64,000 nucleotides of DNA from Carpediemonas membranifera BICM (lineage: Eukaryota; Protista; Fornicata). Positions 20,118-32,693 of the stretch are shown in pieces. The stretch's first letter is position 1, and the number at the start of each line of letters is the position of its first letter. Location: contig JAHDYR010000005.1 of the NCBI GenBank assembly GCA_019828565.1, positions 781,342-845,341 of the forward strand, in the 5' to 3' direction. The position numbers and the translations under genes are program-made. The notes beneath the pieces were generated by a model. The model did not search any database. It worked only from the letters and a program-made list of their open reading frames with translations, and was not told where the DNA came from.

Positions 20118-23100
20118 ATGTCGTCGTCGGACGGTGGTTCCTTGCATGAAACCACGGGATCATGTGGTTCGCGATCATCAGGAGCATCCTCCGGAGCCTC
20201 AACGACAGCGGGTCTCGGGAAGGCGATGCAATTCACCCAGACAGTGTTCCAGCTCAACCACCTGACCACCACGCCCAACAAGCTATTCACGATGCTCACT
20301 ATATGCTTACTGGTGCTAGACTGGCTCCAGATCGCCTCCTTTGCGACCGATCAGAGCCTCCTCCAGTCAACGATCATCGGCGTCGATATCTCCCTTGTCC
20401 AGAGCGGACTGGCCCACACCCGTGTCGGCTGGCTGATGGACCTCATCGGATCAAACGGCCTACTCGTGCTTGGCACAGTCATCCTGCTGTTCTTCGCCAT
20501 CTTCTTCACGGTCTGTTTCTTCACGTCAAGAGCGATCCAACGCAACCAGCCCCCCAACATCACGCTCGTACGCTTCATCCGGGTGACCCTCATCCTCACC
20601 AACACTGCCGGCTTCATCCCCATCTTCTCCGTCATTGTGCAGCTTATCATCACGTACGCCAGCCAGGTGATTGACAACGGGTTCGACATCCTCAGCCTCA
20701 TCGTCGTCATCGTGTTCACCACACTTGCCGTGACGATCGCTACCCAGGTCGTGTTCTCGACGCTGATCTCCTTCCCAAACACGCTGACGAGCAAGAATCC
20801 GCTCGCCCGGATGCACTCCCGGGTCGACATCGTCTACTTGATCGCCAAGATCATCACTGTCACGATGTACCAGATCAGCTTCTTCACGGACCGCCCGACC
20901 GTCCTGGCGGTCTGGATGGGTGTCTTTGTCACGGTGACCATGCTCGCATACACCGTCTTCCTGCCGTACTACAACATCCTCACCACCGTCGTGCGGGTGA
21001 CCGCCCTCTACCTCATCCTCGTCCTCATCAGCCTCTCATTCTCATGGACTGCTGCCATTATCCTGCTCGCCATGACTCCACTGACTCTGGCCCTGCCGGT
21101 TGCTTCATTCTACGCCACCGAGGGCCCCATGATCTTTTTTAGGAACAGGATGCGCCAGATCGTCGGGGACGACATCTATGAATCCGAGACCGTCGATGAT
21201 CTGATGCATACCGTGACGCGTGTGCCACTCATCTTCCCGTATCAGGCTGAGATTGCGGTCAGGTATCATGTCTGGAAGATTCAGTATATCCAGCGCCGAA
21301 TCAAGAAGATCGAGAGCGAGGCCCCGATCTCTCTGCTCGAATTCAATGGTGCGGTCGAGAACGACGGCGAGTTCAATTTCCGTGCCATGCCCCAAGACGT
21401 CAGGACCCGCTACACCCAGCTCGTCGAGGAGGCCAACCGCGAGGTAGCCTTTGTCATCCGTCTCTACCAGGCCATGCTCAGTCGGTGGCGGACGCGCCCC
21501 TTCCCCCGGATGGCGTTCATCCACTTCGTCGCCTGTTTCAGACCCAATTCGCTGCCAAATGCTATCAACGGAGCCCACCAGATCTGGGCGAAGACCCTCT
21601 CGATAGATAACCAGTATTTCGCGTTCGTCTGCAACAAGTACTCGACCAGCCTTCAGGGAAGCTCGTCCATAATGGATCGCCTAGAGGCCCAGCGGAACCT
21701 CAACATTATCAACAAGTGCCAGAAGCAGCTGGCGGACCAGCTCTCCCGCTTCTGGGTGCTCGTTGCCCAGCAGCGGACCCACGCGATGACCCTCCCCCGC
21801 CTGAACACGTTCGTCAAGACCATCAACGACATACAGGCCAAGATGGTCAGTACGGAGAAGCTGTACGCCAAGATGCTCCGTGATCCAACCCCCCGGCTGC
21901 TGCGGGCGTACAGCAACTTCGTCGCCCTGTTCTATCGACAGGAAGTGTGTGGCGAGTACCTCAAGGAGCTTGAGAGCACGGCGGACGAGATCGAGGTCGT
22001 TCACATGAATTCGAACGGCGACATCGTCCGTAAGAAACGCATTGGCCGGGTGACCATGTTCGAGGCCAAGACCAAGACGGCCTCCTTCGTCTCGCTCCAC
22101 ATCCGCGCTTTCCTCTCCATCGTCCTCATCGCCGCCCTGTTCGCCGTCTCCATCCTCGTCACGGTCGTCTCCCTCAAAATGTGCTCGTTCGTCACTTGGC
22201 AGCTCATCACGGCCTCCGGGGTCGGTTCATGCCTCCACCTCATCAGCATGGCGCTGTCAACCCTCCGCGGCACCGGCAGCCCGGTCTACCTCGTCTCTGC
22301 AATCCAGTGCACCGGCCCGCTGTGGCAGGCGATCGCCCAGGAGGTCACCGAGCTCTACGTACAGGCGACGCTCAAGCCGTACTACGGCGTCAGCATCCCC
22401 ATCTACCTGTCTAACAGCCTGGAGGGTGCGTCAGAGGACCCGTACGCCATTTTTGACACGGTCGACGAGGGCTTCTACTCGAAGGTCTCCCACGAGTCCA
22501 TCAAGTACATGTCCCAGGTCTTCTATCACATCACGGACTTCTTCAACGCCGAGACGATCGCCGTGATGGACTTCGAGGGCGGGGTGACCAACGGGACGCA
22601 CACGGACTCCCTGTACAACTTTATCACGAACGCCATCAGCATCGCAGATAACGTGGGCACCTGTTTTGTCAGATCTGACGCAGCCGACATCATCGCCGAC
22701 TGCACTGACGGCATTACAGACGATCTCTACTCGATCGAGTACACGATCACCGAGTACGCCATGGACGGCCTGTTCAACGTGATCGACCAGGTCTACACGA
22801 TCACACAAATGTTCCTCACCATCGAGTTGCTCGTCTTCATCATCGTCTTCGTGCTCTTCGTCAGCCTCTTCCTCTTTGTGGCGACAACCCTGTACGTCCT
22901 ACCGCTGACCCAAGGCCTTGACTTCACCGTCACCCTCATCCAGCTCTTCACCAAGATCCCCAGCGTCACAGTCGACGAGATCATCGCGGACTTCCACAAG
23001 AAGAAGGTCCAGCGGCGCCAGCTGGCGATGGACACCCACCGCGAGTCGTTCACGGACCTCAACGCCATGAGCGAGCGTCAGAGTATCGTCGATGACACGT

Positions 23101-24506
23101 TTGAACTCATCAACGACAACAGCCAGCTCCAGCCGGTCCCAGTACCCAAGGCGGAGTCGCCCCAGAGCGATGGAGCGCTCAGCAGCGACAGCCAGAAGCA
23201 CAGCGTGAACTTTAACCTCAAGACGCAGCTCCTCTCCACCGGCGGCGAGTTCGCCAAGCGTGTCGCTGCGAACCAGGAGGCCATGCCTCAAGCTCTGCCC
23301 CCTCAGGCGCCCGAGGACATCGAGGCCGAGTCCGTCGACTCCATGTACAGTTACGACACGGACGACAACAACAGCGAGGCCAGGGCCATCAGGGACATCA
23401 TCAGCGAGGCAGAGTCGAACGAAGTTTCGATTGACGAGGACGAGGTCGCCCAGCTCGAGCTCCAGGACGTCACCGGCCCGACGCCCGCCGAGTCGACCGA
23501 CAGCGACAGCGACGCCTCCCATGCGAGTGAGAAGAGCGGTGTCCGGCAGAACCTGGCGACCCGCATCAACCGGAAGACGATCCAGGCGACCGCGGCCATC
23601 CGGGAGATCCCGTTCCTATTCATCTGGCTCGTCCTGTTCGCCGCGGTTTTCCTGGGCATGACCATGTACGCGGTCTACAACACGGGGGACGTCACCCAGA
23701 CCGCCCATTCCATGTTCGTCCACTACCGCGGCCTGTCAACCCTCGCCCGGGCAAACCAGTTCATCGCATCGTCAGCATGGGAAGACCTCAGCCCTGCCGT
23801 CATGAACACCACCGTCGCTACCGACTCCTTGTCGGGCCGTGTGATGGACGTCCTCGACTCTGTCAGCCCCTTCCTCAGCGGGTCGAAGGATGGCCAGGTC
23901 AAGGCGATCACTGACAGGGCGTGGGAGCTCTCCAACTATCCTGGCGTTGTCAAGATTCTCACTGAGGGCATCCTTGACATCCTGGCGGGCGACCACTGGG
24001 CAGAGGGACTGTACAGCGACGCCATCGACTTCACACTACATGGTGACAGCTGTCTCCGCCTTAACCCCGACTCTTGCGAGCTCGAACGACCTTCAGAGTC
24101 GTTCAACGGCCTCCAGGCATTTCTCCCTGTGTACATAGCACACGTGGATGTCTCGATCACCGAGCTGAAGTCGGGCCTGCTCATGGGCCCAAGCCAGACC
24201 TTCATCAACGAGACCCAACCCCTCGACATGCTCGGTGGCAGCTTCTCTCTCCAGCTGAGCCTCCGCAGCCGCTTCATCGACCTGATCGACCAGACGCAGA
24301 CGAACGTCCTCGTCTTCTTCGGCGTCTTTGTCGTGTTGTTGGCCGTTTTCTACTTCTTCTACCTCTACAAGGCCATCGTGAACCTCTCCAAGGTGCGGCA
24401 GCAGTTCGCCCTGACCTTCCACAGCCTGCCCCGAGCTGGGATACCGACGGAGGTCGTTGAGGCGTTCCTTGAGCTATTCCCGGACGATGAGGTGCTGGAT
24501 GCTTGA
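20118..24506 (+). CDS. TmcB/TmcC (tiny macrocysts)-like multi-pass membrane protein
   Basis: N-terminal multi-TM block (LDWLQIASF), helical region with SRFW...PRLLRAYSNF, then two paired-TM extracellular loops. Confidence 0.7.
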   Translation: MSSSDGGSLHETTGSCGSRSSGASSGASTTAGLGKAMQFTQTVFQLNHLTTTPNKLFTMLTICLLVLDWLQIASFATDQSLLQSTIIGVDISLVQSGLAHTRVGWLMDLIGSNGLLVLGTVILLFFAIFFTVCFFTSRAIQRNQPPNITLVRFIRVTLILTNTAGFIPIFSVIVQLIITYASQVIDNGFDILSLIVVIVFTTLAVTIATQVVFSTLISFPNTLTSKNPLARMHSRVDIVYLIAKIITVTMYQISFFTDRPTVLAVWMGVFVTVTMLAYTVFLPYYNILTTVVRVTALYLILVLISLSFSWTAAIILLAMTPLTLALPVASFYATEGPMIFFRNRMRQIVGDDIYESETVDDLMHTVTRVPLIFPYQAEIAVRYHVWKIQYIQRRIKKIESEAPISLLEFNGAVENDGEFNFRAMPQDVRTRYTQLVEEANREVAFVIRLYQAMLSRWRTRPFPRMAFIHFVACFRPNSLPNAINGAHQIWAKTLSIDNQYFAFVCNKYSTSLQGSSSIMDRLEAQRNLNIINKCQKQLADQLSRFWVLVAQQRTHAMTLPRLNTFVKTINDIQAKMVSTEKLYAKMLRDPTPRLLRAYSNFVALFYRQEVCGEYLKELESTADEIEVVHMNSNGDIVRKKRIGRVTMFEAKTKTASFVSLHIRAFLSIVLIAALFAVSILVTVVSLKMCSFVTWQLITASGVGSCLHLISMALSTLRGTGSPVYLVSAIQCTGPLWQAIAQEVTELYVQATLKPYYGVSIPIYLSNSLEGASEDPYAIFDTVDEGFYSKVSHESIKYMSQVFYHITDFFNAETIAVMDFEGGVTNGTHTDSLYNFITNAISIADNVGTCFVRSDAADIIADCTDGITDDLYSIEYTITEYAMDGLFNVIDQVYTITQMFLTIELLVFIIVFVLFVSLFLFVATTLYVLPLTQGLDFTVTLIQLFTKIPSVTVDEIIADFHKKKVQRRQLAMDTHRESFTDLNAMSERQSIVDDTFELINDNSQLQPVPVPKAESPQSDGALSSDSQKHSVNFNLKTQLLSTGGEFAKRVAANQEAMPQALPPQAPEDIEAESVDSMYSYDTDDNNSEARAIRDIISEAESNEVSIDEDEVAQLELQDVTGPTPAESTDSDSDASHASEKSGVRQNLATRINRKTIQATAAIREIPFLFIWLVLFAAVFLGMTMYAVYNTGDVTQTAHSMFVHYRGLSTLARANQFIASSAWEDLSPAVMNTTVATDSLSGRVMDVLDSVSPFLSGSKDGQVKAITDRAWELSNYPGVVKILTEGILDILAGDHWAEGLYSDAIDFTLHGDSCLRLNPDSCELERPSESFNGLQAFLPVYIAHVDVSITELKSGLLMGPSQTFINETQPLDMLGGSFSLQLSLRSRFIDLIDQTQTNVLVFFGVFVVLLAVFYFFYLYKAIVNLSKVRQQFALTFHSLPRAGIPTEVVEAFLELFPDDEVLDA

Positions 24507-24588
24507 TATAACGATAGTAAAATGTTTATGGGTCAAATACCGTGCATGCTGTGCAATCTGAGACAAAGATACGAACAAACAGCGCAGC

Positions 24589-27579
24589 TTACACCACATG
24601 CATGCTGCTGATGAGAAGGCCGCGGCCGGCGGGCCCAGCGATCTCCCATGAGACCCGCGCGGCAACGGGGAACTGCAAGCGGTGGAGGACCACGCCGAAG
24701 TCGACCATGACAGAGGGCCACAAGTCGGTGTTCTTCACGTCAACGCCGAAGGATGAGGCCAGACGGAGAACGATGCCTGCGGCGATCGTGTAGCCCTGCT
24801 GGTAGAGATCCTTGGCAAGGCCAAGCCAGCAGGCCGACCCCAAGGAGGAGGGGTCGAATGATGTGATCAAATGCTCCACCACGGGGTGGCCTAGCCACCC
24901 ACTAAGCTGCCCCAGCGTGTGCAGGCACCCAGCGAGCGTCTCTGCCTCCTCCCACCGGGCGGCATCGATGGTCGTGGTCCAGAGTTGCCCGTCGGGCGAC
25001 AGGGCGGTGAGGTCGGCCCCGAGCATGCTGGCGAGGGTGACCGCCTCAACCGAGATGATGTCCGTCTGTTCGGGCACCTGCATGGCGGCCAACGACCCCG
25101 ACAGCCTCGCCAGGCTGCTCCTCTCGTCCTTATACTGCCTTGGCGACAGCGTTGTGTGGACCAGCGGCACGGGGTTGGCCAGCACGACCCCGGTCACGGT
25201 GACCGCGTCCTCGGTCTCCTGCGGTATCAGCATGAGTCGCGATGAGAGCAGGATAAGACACTTGGAGCGGTCGGGCAGGGCCAGGAAGGCTGGGGTAGCG
25301 ATCGTGGCGTGGCTTTGAAGCACGGACGAGACGGGGTAGGGGGAGATGGGCCCGTTGGACAGCTCGAGGTGCAGGTCGAAGAGCTTGACCGTACCGTTGC
25401 TCATGAGCGTCACCGGCAGACCGTCGTGCCAGCTGATCCAGCGCACGGCGAAGCCGGTCCGCTTGACAACGTCGGGGATGCTGGTCACTGTGAATGTGAT
25501 CGGGCGCTCTGGGGTGGGTAGCTTTGGGGCATAGGGGCTCGAGACCGCACGCCGACTGAGTGAAGTCAGGTGACTGCTGACCGACGAGAAGGACGACGAG
25601 CGGGACCTGCCCGGCGACCCGATGGTTTCCGTCTGGGCCTGCAGGGCTAGCAGCGTGGCGTCACCACCTTTACGGACCACAGCGATGCGGTGCCCGCGGA
25701 GACGGTTGGGTCCTTGCGCCGGGAACGCTTGGATCGACAGCACAGCCCCCCCGCCGCGGCAGATCTGGGCGAGGGTCAACAGGTTGAGGTCCGCCGCGAA
25801 GATCGAGCCGGCGTCATTGGCGAAGACGGCGAGAGTGCCGAGCCAGACGAGGCCAGTCGCCCCCGAGTCTATGATGGGCGGATGAATCCCTCCGAACGAG
25901 ACGCCGACGCCGCCGGTGACGCTGGCCATCTGAAGACAGGAGTTGGCGTACATGAGCAGGAACACAGGGGGGTGGGGTGTGTGGAAGCGGTGTGTCTCCC
26001 CCACCGTCGACAGCACGAAGTCCATGCCCCGCGACGTGGCCATACCCCAGGAGACGTCGACAATGGGTCGGGGCGAGGTCGCGGTGACGGGGGCGGAGGA
26101 GAGCTTGCCGTTGAGCCAGACCAGCAGCGTGCGGGTGTAGTAGAGCAGCAAGTGGCCGCCGGGGGACGAGCGGATGTGGGGAGTATCGGATACGATATCG
26201 GACCAAATCTCGGAATATTTGCCTGTGAATGGGTCGATCTCCAGAAGCCTGCAGTCAAGCTGGTTCGTCTGCTTCTTGACCGTCTCACATGACAGCACGA
26301 CGACGCTAGTGCCGACCCACCGGGCCGCAGTGACTGTGCAGGGCAGCATGTGGTGCTTTGCAACACGCGATGCACGCTTCATGACCGTTACCAGCAGGAG
26401 TTCCTTGCCAACCACGTACGCGATACCCCCAGTGTCGCCACACAGTATGATTGAGCTCGGGGGAGCTGGGATGATCTCCGTCGAGGCTGCAGCGAACAGC
26501 GACAGGTCCCCTGCGGTGTTGAGCGACCAGGCTGTGACCCGGCCATCACTGCTGGCCGTAACCAGCTCTGACGTACGTCGGCTGAGCACCGTGCAGACGA
26601 TAGGCACAGAGTTGGGGCGGGTGAGCGGGACACGCTGGGCAGCGTCAACCACGGTAAACATCACCGAGCCGGCCGGGCGGCGGGCTAGGTGGAGCACGGG
26701 GCCAACAGCGAATACGACAACCGTCTCTGTGGGTGTGGAGACAGCGTGCACGGCCACGAAGTCGCCCTGGGTCGGGGAGATGAGCTGGGCGCCCAGGGCA
26801 TTCGTTTCAGCGTCCCACTCCGCAATGCAGCCCGCGTGGACGGTGATGACCGAACGAGAGCTGCAGAACACGGCTAGCACCCTTGGGTCGTCGCATGCCG
26901 CTGTGAATGGGATGACACGCCACGCCCTGCCCCCCACCAGCCGCTCTCCCGGGCCCGCGACAGTCTTGGGCTTGCTATCGGGCCTAGGGTTGGTCGCCCA
27001 CACCGCACCCTCTGCGGTTCCCACGAACAAGGGGGTCTCGCCAGGGAGGGTCGTCAGAGCAGTGGGAGTGGCGGGGATGTCGAGCGTGTTGATCGTCTGG
27101 GTCTTCCTGAAGTCGTACAGCATGATGAAGTGCTTGAAAGCACCATGGGAGTCGCGCTGCTGGCATGCGTAAGCGGCCATGTAGAGGCGGCCGTGGCTGT
27201 CGACGACATCGAGGACCACAGTGAGGCTGACAACCTCCCGCCGCTCAACGAAGGAAGAGAGGATCACGCCGTGCTTGATGTCCCACAGTATGATGTTTCC
27301 GTTCGTATCGAGAGTCAGGAGGGCGAGCTCGTCAGGCACGGGGGCGTGCGGAGTTTGCTTCCCGCTGATGGGAACCCACGCTGTTCTTCTAACATGACCA
27401 CGATGGGCAGAGAGACATGTGATGACTGTTCCACCCATCGGATCCACGATTACTACTGATTCACGCACACCGTAGGCTATAAGATCGAAATTGGGCGAAT
27501 AGGAGATGCTGCCGTAGTTATCCTTGCTCATTGGCCCGCATGGGATCGCGAAGCATGAACTTTGCATGTTCATCTCCAT
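24589..27579 (-). CDS. WDR11: WD repeat protein 11-like
   Basis: LIAYGVRESVVIVDP...AHRGHVRRTAW...LLTLDTNGNIILWD matches the WDR11 N-terminus; start codon among ATGs at 27579/27573/27567. Confidence 0.7.
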   Translation of the reverse strand: MEMNMQSSCFAIPCGPMSKDNYGSISYSPNFDLIAYGVRESVVIVDPMGGTVITCLSAHRGHVRRTAWVPISGKQTPHAPVPDELALLTLDTNGNIILWDIKHGVILSSFVERREVVSLTVVLDVVDSHGRLYMAAYACQQRDSHGAFKHFIMLYDFRKTQTINTLDIPATPTALTTLPGETPLFVGTAEGAVWATNPRPDSKPKTVAGPGERLVGGRAWRVIPFTAACDDPRVLAVFCSSRSVITVHAGCIAEWDAETNALGAQLISPTQGDFVAVHAVSTPTETVVVFAVGPVLHLARRPAGSVMFTVVDAAQRVPLTRPNSVPIVCTVLSRRTSELVTASSDGRVTAWSLNTAGDLSLFAAASTEIIPAPPSSIILCGDTGGIAYVVGKELLLVTVMKRASRVAKHHMLPCTVTAARWVGTSVVVLSCETVKKQTNQLDCRLLEIDPFTGKYSEIWSDIVSDTPHIRSSPGGHLLLYYTRTLLVWLNGKLSSAPVTATSPRPIVDVSWGMATSRGMDFVLSTVGETHRFHTPHPPVFLLMYANSCLQMASVTGGVGVSFGGIHPPIIDSGATGLVWLGTLAVFANDAGSIFAADLNLLTLAQICRGGGAVLSIQAFPAQGPNRLRGHRIAVVRKGGDATLLALQAQTETIGSPGRSRSSSFSSVSSHLTSLSRRAVSSPYAPKLPTPERPITFTVTSIPDVVKRTGFAVRWISWHDGLPVTLMSNGTVKLFDLHLELSNGPISPYPVSSVLQSHATIATPAFLALPDRSKCLILLSSRLMLIPQETEDAVTVTGVVLANPVPLVHTTLSPRQYKDERSSLARLSGSLAAMQVPEQTDIISVEAVTLASMLGADLTALSPDGQLWTTTIDAARWEEAETLAGCLHTLGQLSGWLGHPVVEHLITSFDPSSLGSACWLGLAKDLYQQGYTIAAGIVLRLASSFGVDVKNTDLWPSVMVDFGVVLHRLQFPVAARVSWEIAGPAGRGLLISSMHVV

Positions 27580-27774
27580 CAACGCACAAGGCACAGTGAG
27601 AACGTGCCGAGCTGTCGTTTCGGAATGCCGCAGAATAAGGAAGGCCCGACCGACAGCCATGCGACACTCAGACTGCCATGGCAGACCCGACCAGACGGCA
27701 AGTTGACGGTATTTTCCGCGGCTTCTGTCCGACAATTTTCCGCACGAAGCAACAAGAAGCGAAAACGACCGAAA

Positions 27775-30700
27775 ATGCAGGCAACGGTCGGAATGTTCAA
27801 GGTCAAGCCTGCGGAATTGCTTTGGCACAACTACCAATACATTCAGACAGATGGACCGCCGCTAGAATGGCGTGGTACGTTCACCGTCACCAATGTGCGT
27901 CTTTCCCACCGTTCTAACACAGACAGGACGAAGCTGCTCTCGTTTCCGACTAATTCCACCACAAACAGCCGAGTTTATGCTCATGAAGCCCAACGGGGAG
28001 GTAGAAGAGACCGCTGTCGTCCTCGCCCCCGGCCTCTCGCACGTAGTTCACGTCGTGTTCACGCCTCTGAGCAACAGCTACCGCACCGACAGCGTCATCA
28101 TCCAGACCCCCGAGGGCAGCATCGAGCTCCCCCTCAAGGCCCGCAGAGACCCGCCCTGCCTCGCCGGGCTACCCCGTGACCTAAACCTCGGCCCTGTGCT
28201 GCCGTACGAGCGTCTCTCGGGCAGCTACCACATCACCAACACAGGGTCCAACGGCACGGTGAGCATGACGCCCGTTGACGAGGGCGAGAATAGAGAGGGA
28301 CACCTGCTCGTCGGCCCGTTCGACCTGTCGCCGGACGGCTTCAACATAGCGTCTGGGGATAGCATAGACATCGACGTCGCTGTAGACACGTCTGTGTGCG
28401 GCGACTTCACGTGTGAGTACCACATGTGCGACGCTGGCGCCCCGCCCGAGCGGCACACACTCTCCGCGCAGGTTAAGCCAATCCGGACAGCGCTCGTGTC
28501 GCTCGATAAGAAGCCCCTGGCGGTGCCTGTGACCCTGGAGGCGAGAGGCCCCGGCGTCACCGACGTTACCCGGGACGACGCGGAGGAGGAGGCGGCCGAG
28601 CTCATCGTCGACCTCAGGGAGACCATCATAGGCGGGTGCAGGGACGTGGCAGTGGGGATCCGGAACAACACCGACCTCCCCGTGCCCATCGCCACCGCCT
28701 GGGACGCGCCGTCAGCCATTCTTGAGGCGCTGCTCCCGTCGATGCTGTCACCCCACTCGACGACTGAGATCACCATCAGATTCCAGCCAGAGAAGATCAT
28801 CGCGTTTGAGAGGACGCTCAGTGTCTACGTCGGTCTGGCCTGCTGCTGCCACAAGCTCGCAGACCTGCGGGTTGTCGCGACGTCACAGCGCCCCGACCTT
28901 GTAGTCAGCCCCTCGCTCCTCATGCTACCCGGGGACTTCCTCGTCCGGAAGTCGGCCCAGGAATGGGTTACGGTGAAGAACCAGTCGAACACGCCGCTGT
29001 ACATGGTGTGGGCGCCCGAGTTCATATCTCCCAACAACCACACACAGATCGACACGTTTGATGTGATCAAATTCGAGACAATCCATGTCGAGGTCGTCCC
29101 CCGCGAGGTGATACTCCCCCCTGGACAGACGCTGCAGTTCCGCGTGTCGATCAAGGGCGTGAGCTCTGGGCGGGCCAGCGTCACCGTCTCCCTACACGCA
29201 GTCCCCACAGAATCCGACTCCATGACGAGTCGCCGCAGTCGGCCAAACGACCCCCTGTACCGGTTCCGGAGCGCCATCCTCGATGGCCGCGGCTCGGTCC
29301 ACCCGCTGAACGTCAAGTGTAGTGTCGCCGGGCCCGAGGTTTCTGTGACTGGCGGCGGCCTCGAGTTCGGTCCCGTGATGATCCACCGCGACCTGTATCC
29401 GCAGACGTCCCTCACCCTCACCAACGGCAGCGATACATACGCCCCGTTCGTGCTCACGGACTTCTGCTGCCACCTTCCGCCGGCCCAGACGGGCGGCACC
29501 GCCACCAGGCTCGACCTAAGGCCGCCCGCGGACCCCGAGTATCCCTCGGAGGACGAGGACGCCTCCGCCTACGACCGAGAGCCCGAGGACCCTGAGGACC
29601 GATCGATCTTCCGGTTCATGCCCGACAGGGGGTGCCTTGACCCGCTGGAGAAGTCCACAGTCGCAGTCGAGCTAGATGTCCCGAGACTTCTCGAGACGAT
29701 TCGGGGCGAGACGGTAGAGTTTCCCCACACGGTGACGGGGTTCATCGGGCTCCACGTGCAGCACCAGGCCATGCCCATCCTCGTCCAGTGCCGCGCGACC
29801 CTTTGTCGGCCCGTGGTGGGGCTCGACCCTGTTCGCCTCAGCTTCCCCGGGACATTCGTTGACCAGACGGCGACGGAGCCCGTGACGGTGTATAACTTGG
29901 CGCTGACGGACGCCGAGATCGTCTTCCCCGTGGCGACGAATGAGCTCTTCGACCTGTCATTCTCCCCCTCAACGGCGACGGTGCCCGCCGGCGCCCAGCT
30001 GACCGTGACGGCCAGCATGACTCCACGGAAAGTCACGTCGTTCAACCTGGTCGCCGAGTGCAAGGTCGCAGGCGTTGATGAGCCATACGCGCTGCACATC
30101 ACGTGTGTTTCCCGGGGATGCTCGTTGGAGCTGTCGAACAATGACCAGAAGATGGTCCTGACTGCCGCTGCCGTCGAGATCCAGTCGGAGGCCATCCCCG
30201 TCCGAATCGGTGGAGCCCTGCCCCAGCCCGAGCACGCCATGCCCGTCCAGCGGTCCCACATGGACACCGCCGCAGAGACGGGGGAGCCGGGGCAGGCTAA
30301 CCGACTGCTGGCCCGTAAGCGGGAGCGGATGGGGCTCGGGATGTTGACGCATCAAGCCACGGCGTCGGCTGAGATCAACTTCATGCCGGACGACCTCCAG
30401 ACTGAGCGTGTCTTCGTCGAGGGCGGGCTGGAGCTCGAGGTGAGCCGCAACCTGGCCAGCCAAAGGCCCTTCACCATCAACATCGCCGTGAGGAACCTCG
30501 GCGGGGTTCCGACCATGGCCCGGCTCACGTCCCTCAACTTCAGCCCGACCCAGCGGAAGTCGAAACAGGCGAGCCCGCCCCCCGGCGAGACCACACTTGG
30601 CCTGAACAAGACCAGCCGCCGCTTGACCCTCGATGACACCTTCCAGGGCCGGTCGGCCTTCCGGTCAAAGCTGGGCCAGACGTTCGCCGCGCAGAGGCAG

Positions 30701-32392
30701 GCTGACGTCTCTGTCGAGAACGACTCAAAGGTGTACCTGGCCGACGACTGGGGGCTAGCGGTCGTGTGCCCCGAGGAAACCTACATCGCCGGGCACGCCG
30801 AGCTGACCATCCCCGTCGAGGTCTACGCCAACTGCTACGGCACGTACCGGGACACCATCCGCGTCGAGGCGGACGTCTTCAACGAATCCTTCGACATCCC
30901 TCTTGTCGTCCACGTCTCGGGCTGCCCCGTCAGACTATCCTCCTCACACGCCGTCGAGACGGTCAGGTCCGTTGCTAAGATCGACCAGGCCGGGTCGAAG
31001 GGCATCTCCTGGCCCGCCCAGAGCGTTGGCTCGTCTGCCCCCGCCAAGAGGGTCAGGATCCAGAACACCACGCCCTTCTGGCAGATGCTGGAGCTTCGGT
31101 GCATCGACGTGCCCGCGCCCGACTCGCCAGCACGCGTTACAATGTCTGACTCCGGCGAAGTCAAGATCCTCCTCCCGACTGACGGCGACTCGCCCAACTC
31201 AACCTCGTTTACTGCTGTTACACGCTTCTTACGTATCCCTCCCCGGGGCGTTGAGACTGCGATCGTCGAGTACTGCCCCCGCCAGACCGGTCCCGTCCGG
31301 GCCATGCTTGTGTCGACCCCGATCATCACCCACAAGCGCGACTCGTTCAAGCTGGACGAGGGCGTCCACCCATTCGCCGAGGCTAACGGCTGCGAGACCT
31401 TCGCCCTTCCTCTCGACTCCAGTGGAGTCGAACCACGGCTTGAGTGGGGCGACGGCAAGATCCGCATCAAGCACCGGATCTCCTCCGGCCCCGAGACGGA
31501 GGTTGGGCCTTCCCGCACTCGCCAGACAACCCTTACCAACCGCACTGACGCGCCCTTTGCATTCACCCTCCGCGCCCAACCCGAGTGCTACAGTCTGACG
31601 CTGCTCGACAAGAACGGGGCGAAGACCAGGATCAGCGGCCAGTCTCCCCTCATTGAGCTCAAGCCGCAGCATAAGCTAACGGCGGCCGTGACGTACTCGT
31701 CGCCCTTGCTCATGGAGAAGCCCGGCATATTCTTCAGCCCGCCTGATGCTGTGTTGAGCGGCGAGCTCGTCGCCAAGTTCTCGAACGGGCACGAGCAGAC
31801 GCTGCTGCTGTCGACTGTGATCAAGTTCCCCGCGCTGTCGCCCGAGATCACGACAGTCGAGTTCCCCGAGACGACGGTCGGATCACAGAGATCGATGACT
31901 GTGACACTAACGAACGAGACAATTGTCGACGCCCGTTACACCATCAGCTTCATCGACCCACGAGACAGGGAGCGTGCAAAGCGGAACGTACGATCAGCGC
32001 TCGGTCGGCAGCGGACCCGCACACGACACACTGACTCTCTCGAGCAGCTGGAGCCCATCCCCGTGCTCTCAGACACGCGAACGGGCCGGTCCACTGCGGC
32101 GCGGCGGTCAGCCCGCTCTGCCCGGGGCTACACCCGGCTCATGTCGCCCCACCCCCGGGACCTGTCAGGCTCGAGCGTCTACTACTTTAACCCTGCCAGC
32201 GGTGTTATCAAGGGGCACAAGGGCGGACTAGTTCGGTCGCAGGCCGTGACCATTATCTTCCGGCCGACGGACGCTGTCAGGTTCCGGGCGTCCTACTTTG
32301 TCGAGGTGGCTTTCGGTCGGGGGTGCTGGATCGAGATTGTCGGTGAGGGGTCCCGCGATGAGGTTCACTTGGGCGACCCCGTTGTCGACTGA
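27775..32392 (+). CDS. DLEC1: DLEC1/CFAP81 ciliary central-apparatus protein with ASH/PapD-like domains; one intron (27895-27922)
   Basis: Spliced FTVTN|TGRSCSRFRLIPPQT...LAPGL...IELPLKARRDPP matches the DLEC1 pattern; exon 1 (40 codons) joins ORF 27872..32392 in frame. Confidence 0.75.
27895..27922 (+). other. 28-nt spliceosomal intron
   Basis: GTGCGT...CTAAC ACAG; removal restores the frame. Confidence 0.85.
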
Positions 32393-32693
32393 GGCAGTGG
32401 GCGACATGTACGTTATAAATAGAGTCTCGCCAGCTATCAAGATCAGTCTGAAGACATGGCCCCGTCGTGGTTCGTCAATTTGTTTGGAGGGGACTGCGAG
32501 ACGGAGGCCTGGTTCTGCATTTCGGCCGTTTAGCTCACCAATTTCACTCAGCAACTCAGCGGCGAGGCGGTGTGAGTAGCGCGCACTGCAGGCGGAGGTC
32601 CCTTCCCGGGGATGTGCCGTTTACTGGTATACGTTGAACAACCCTCCGACAGGGTCAACCATAAAGATCTTCACCAATTCGACTAGCACGAAA

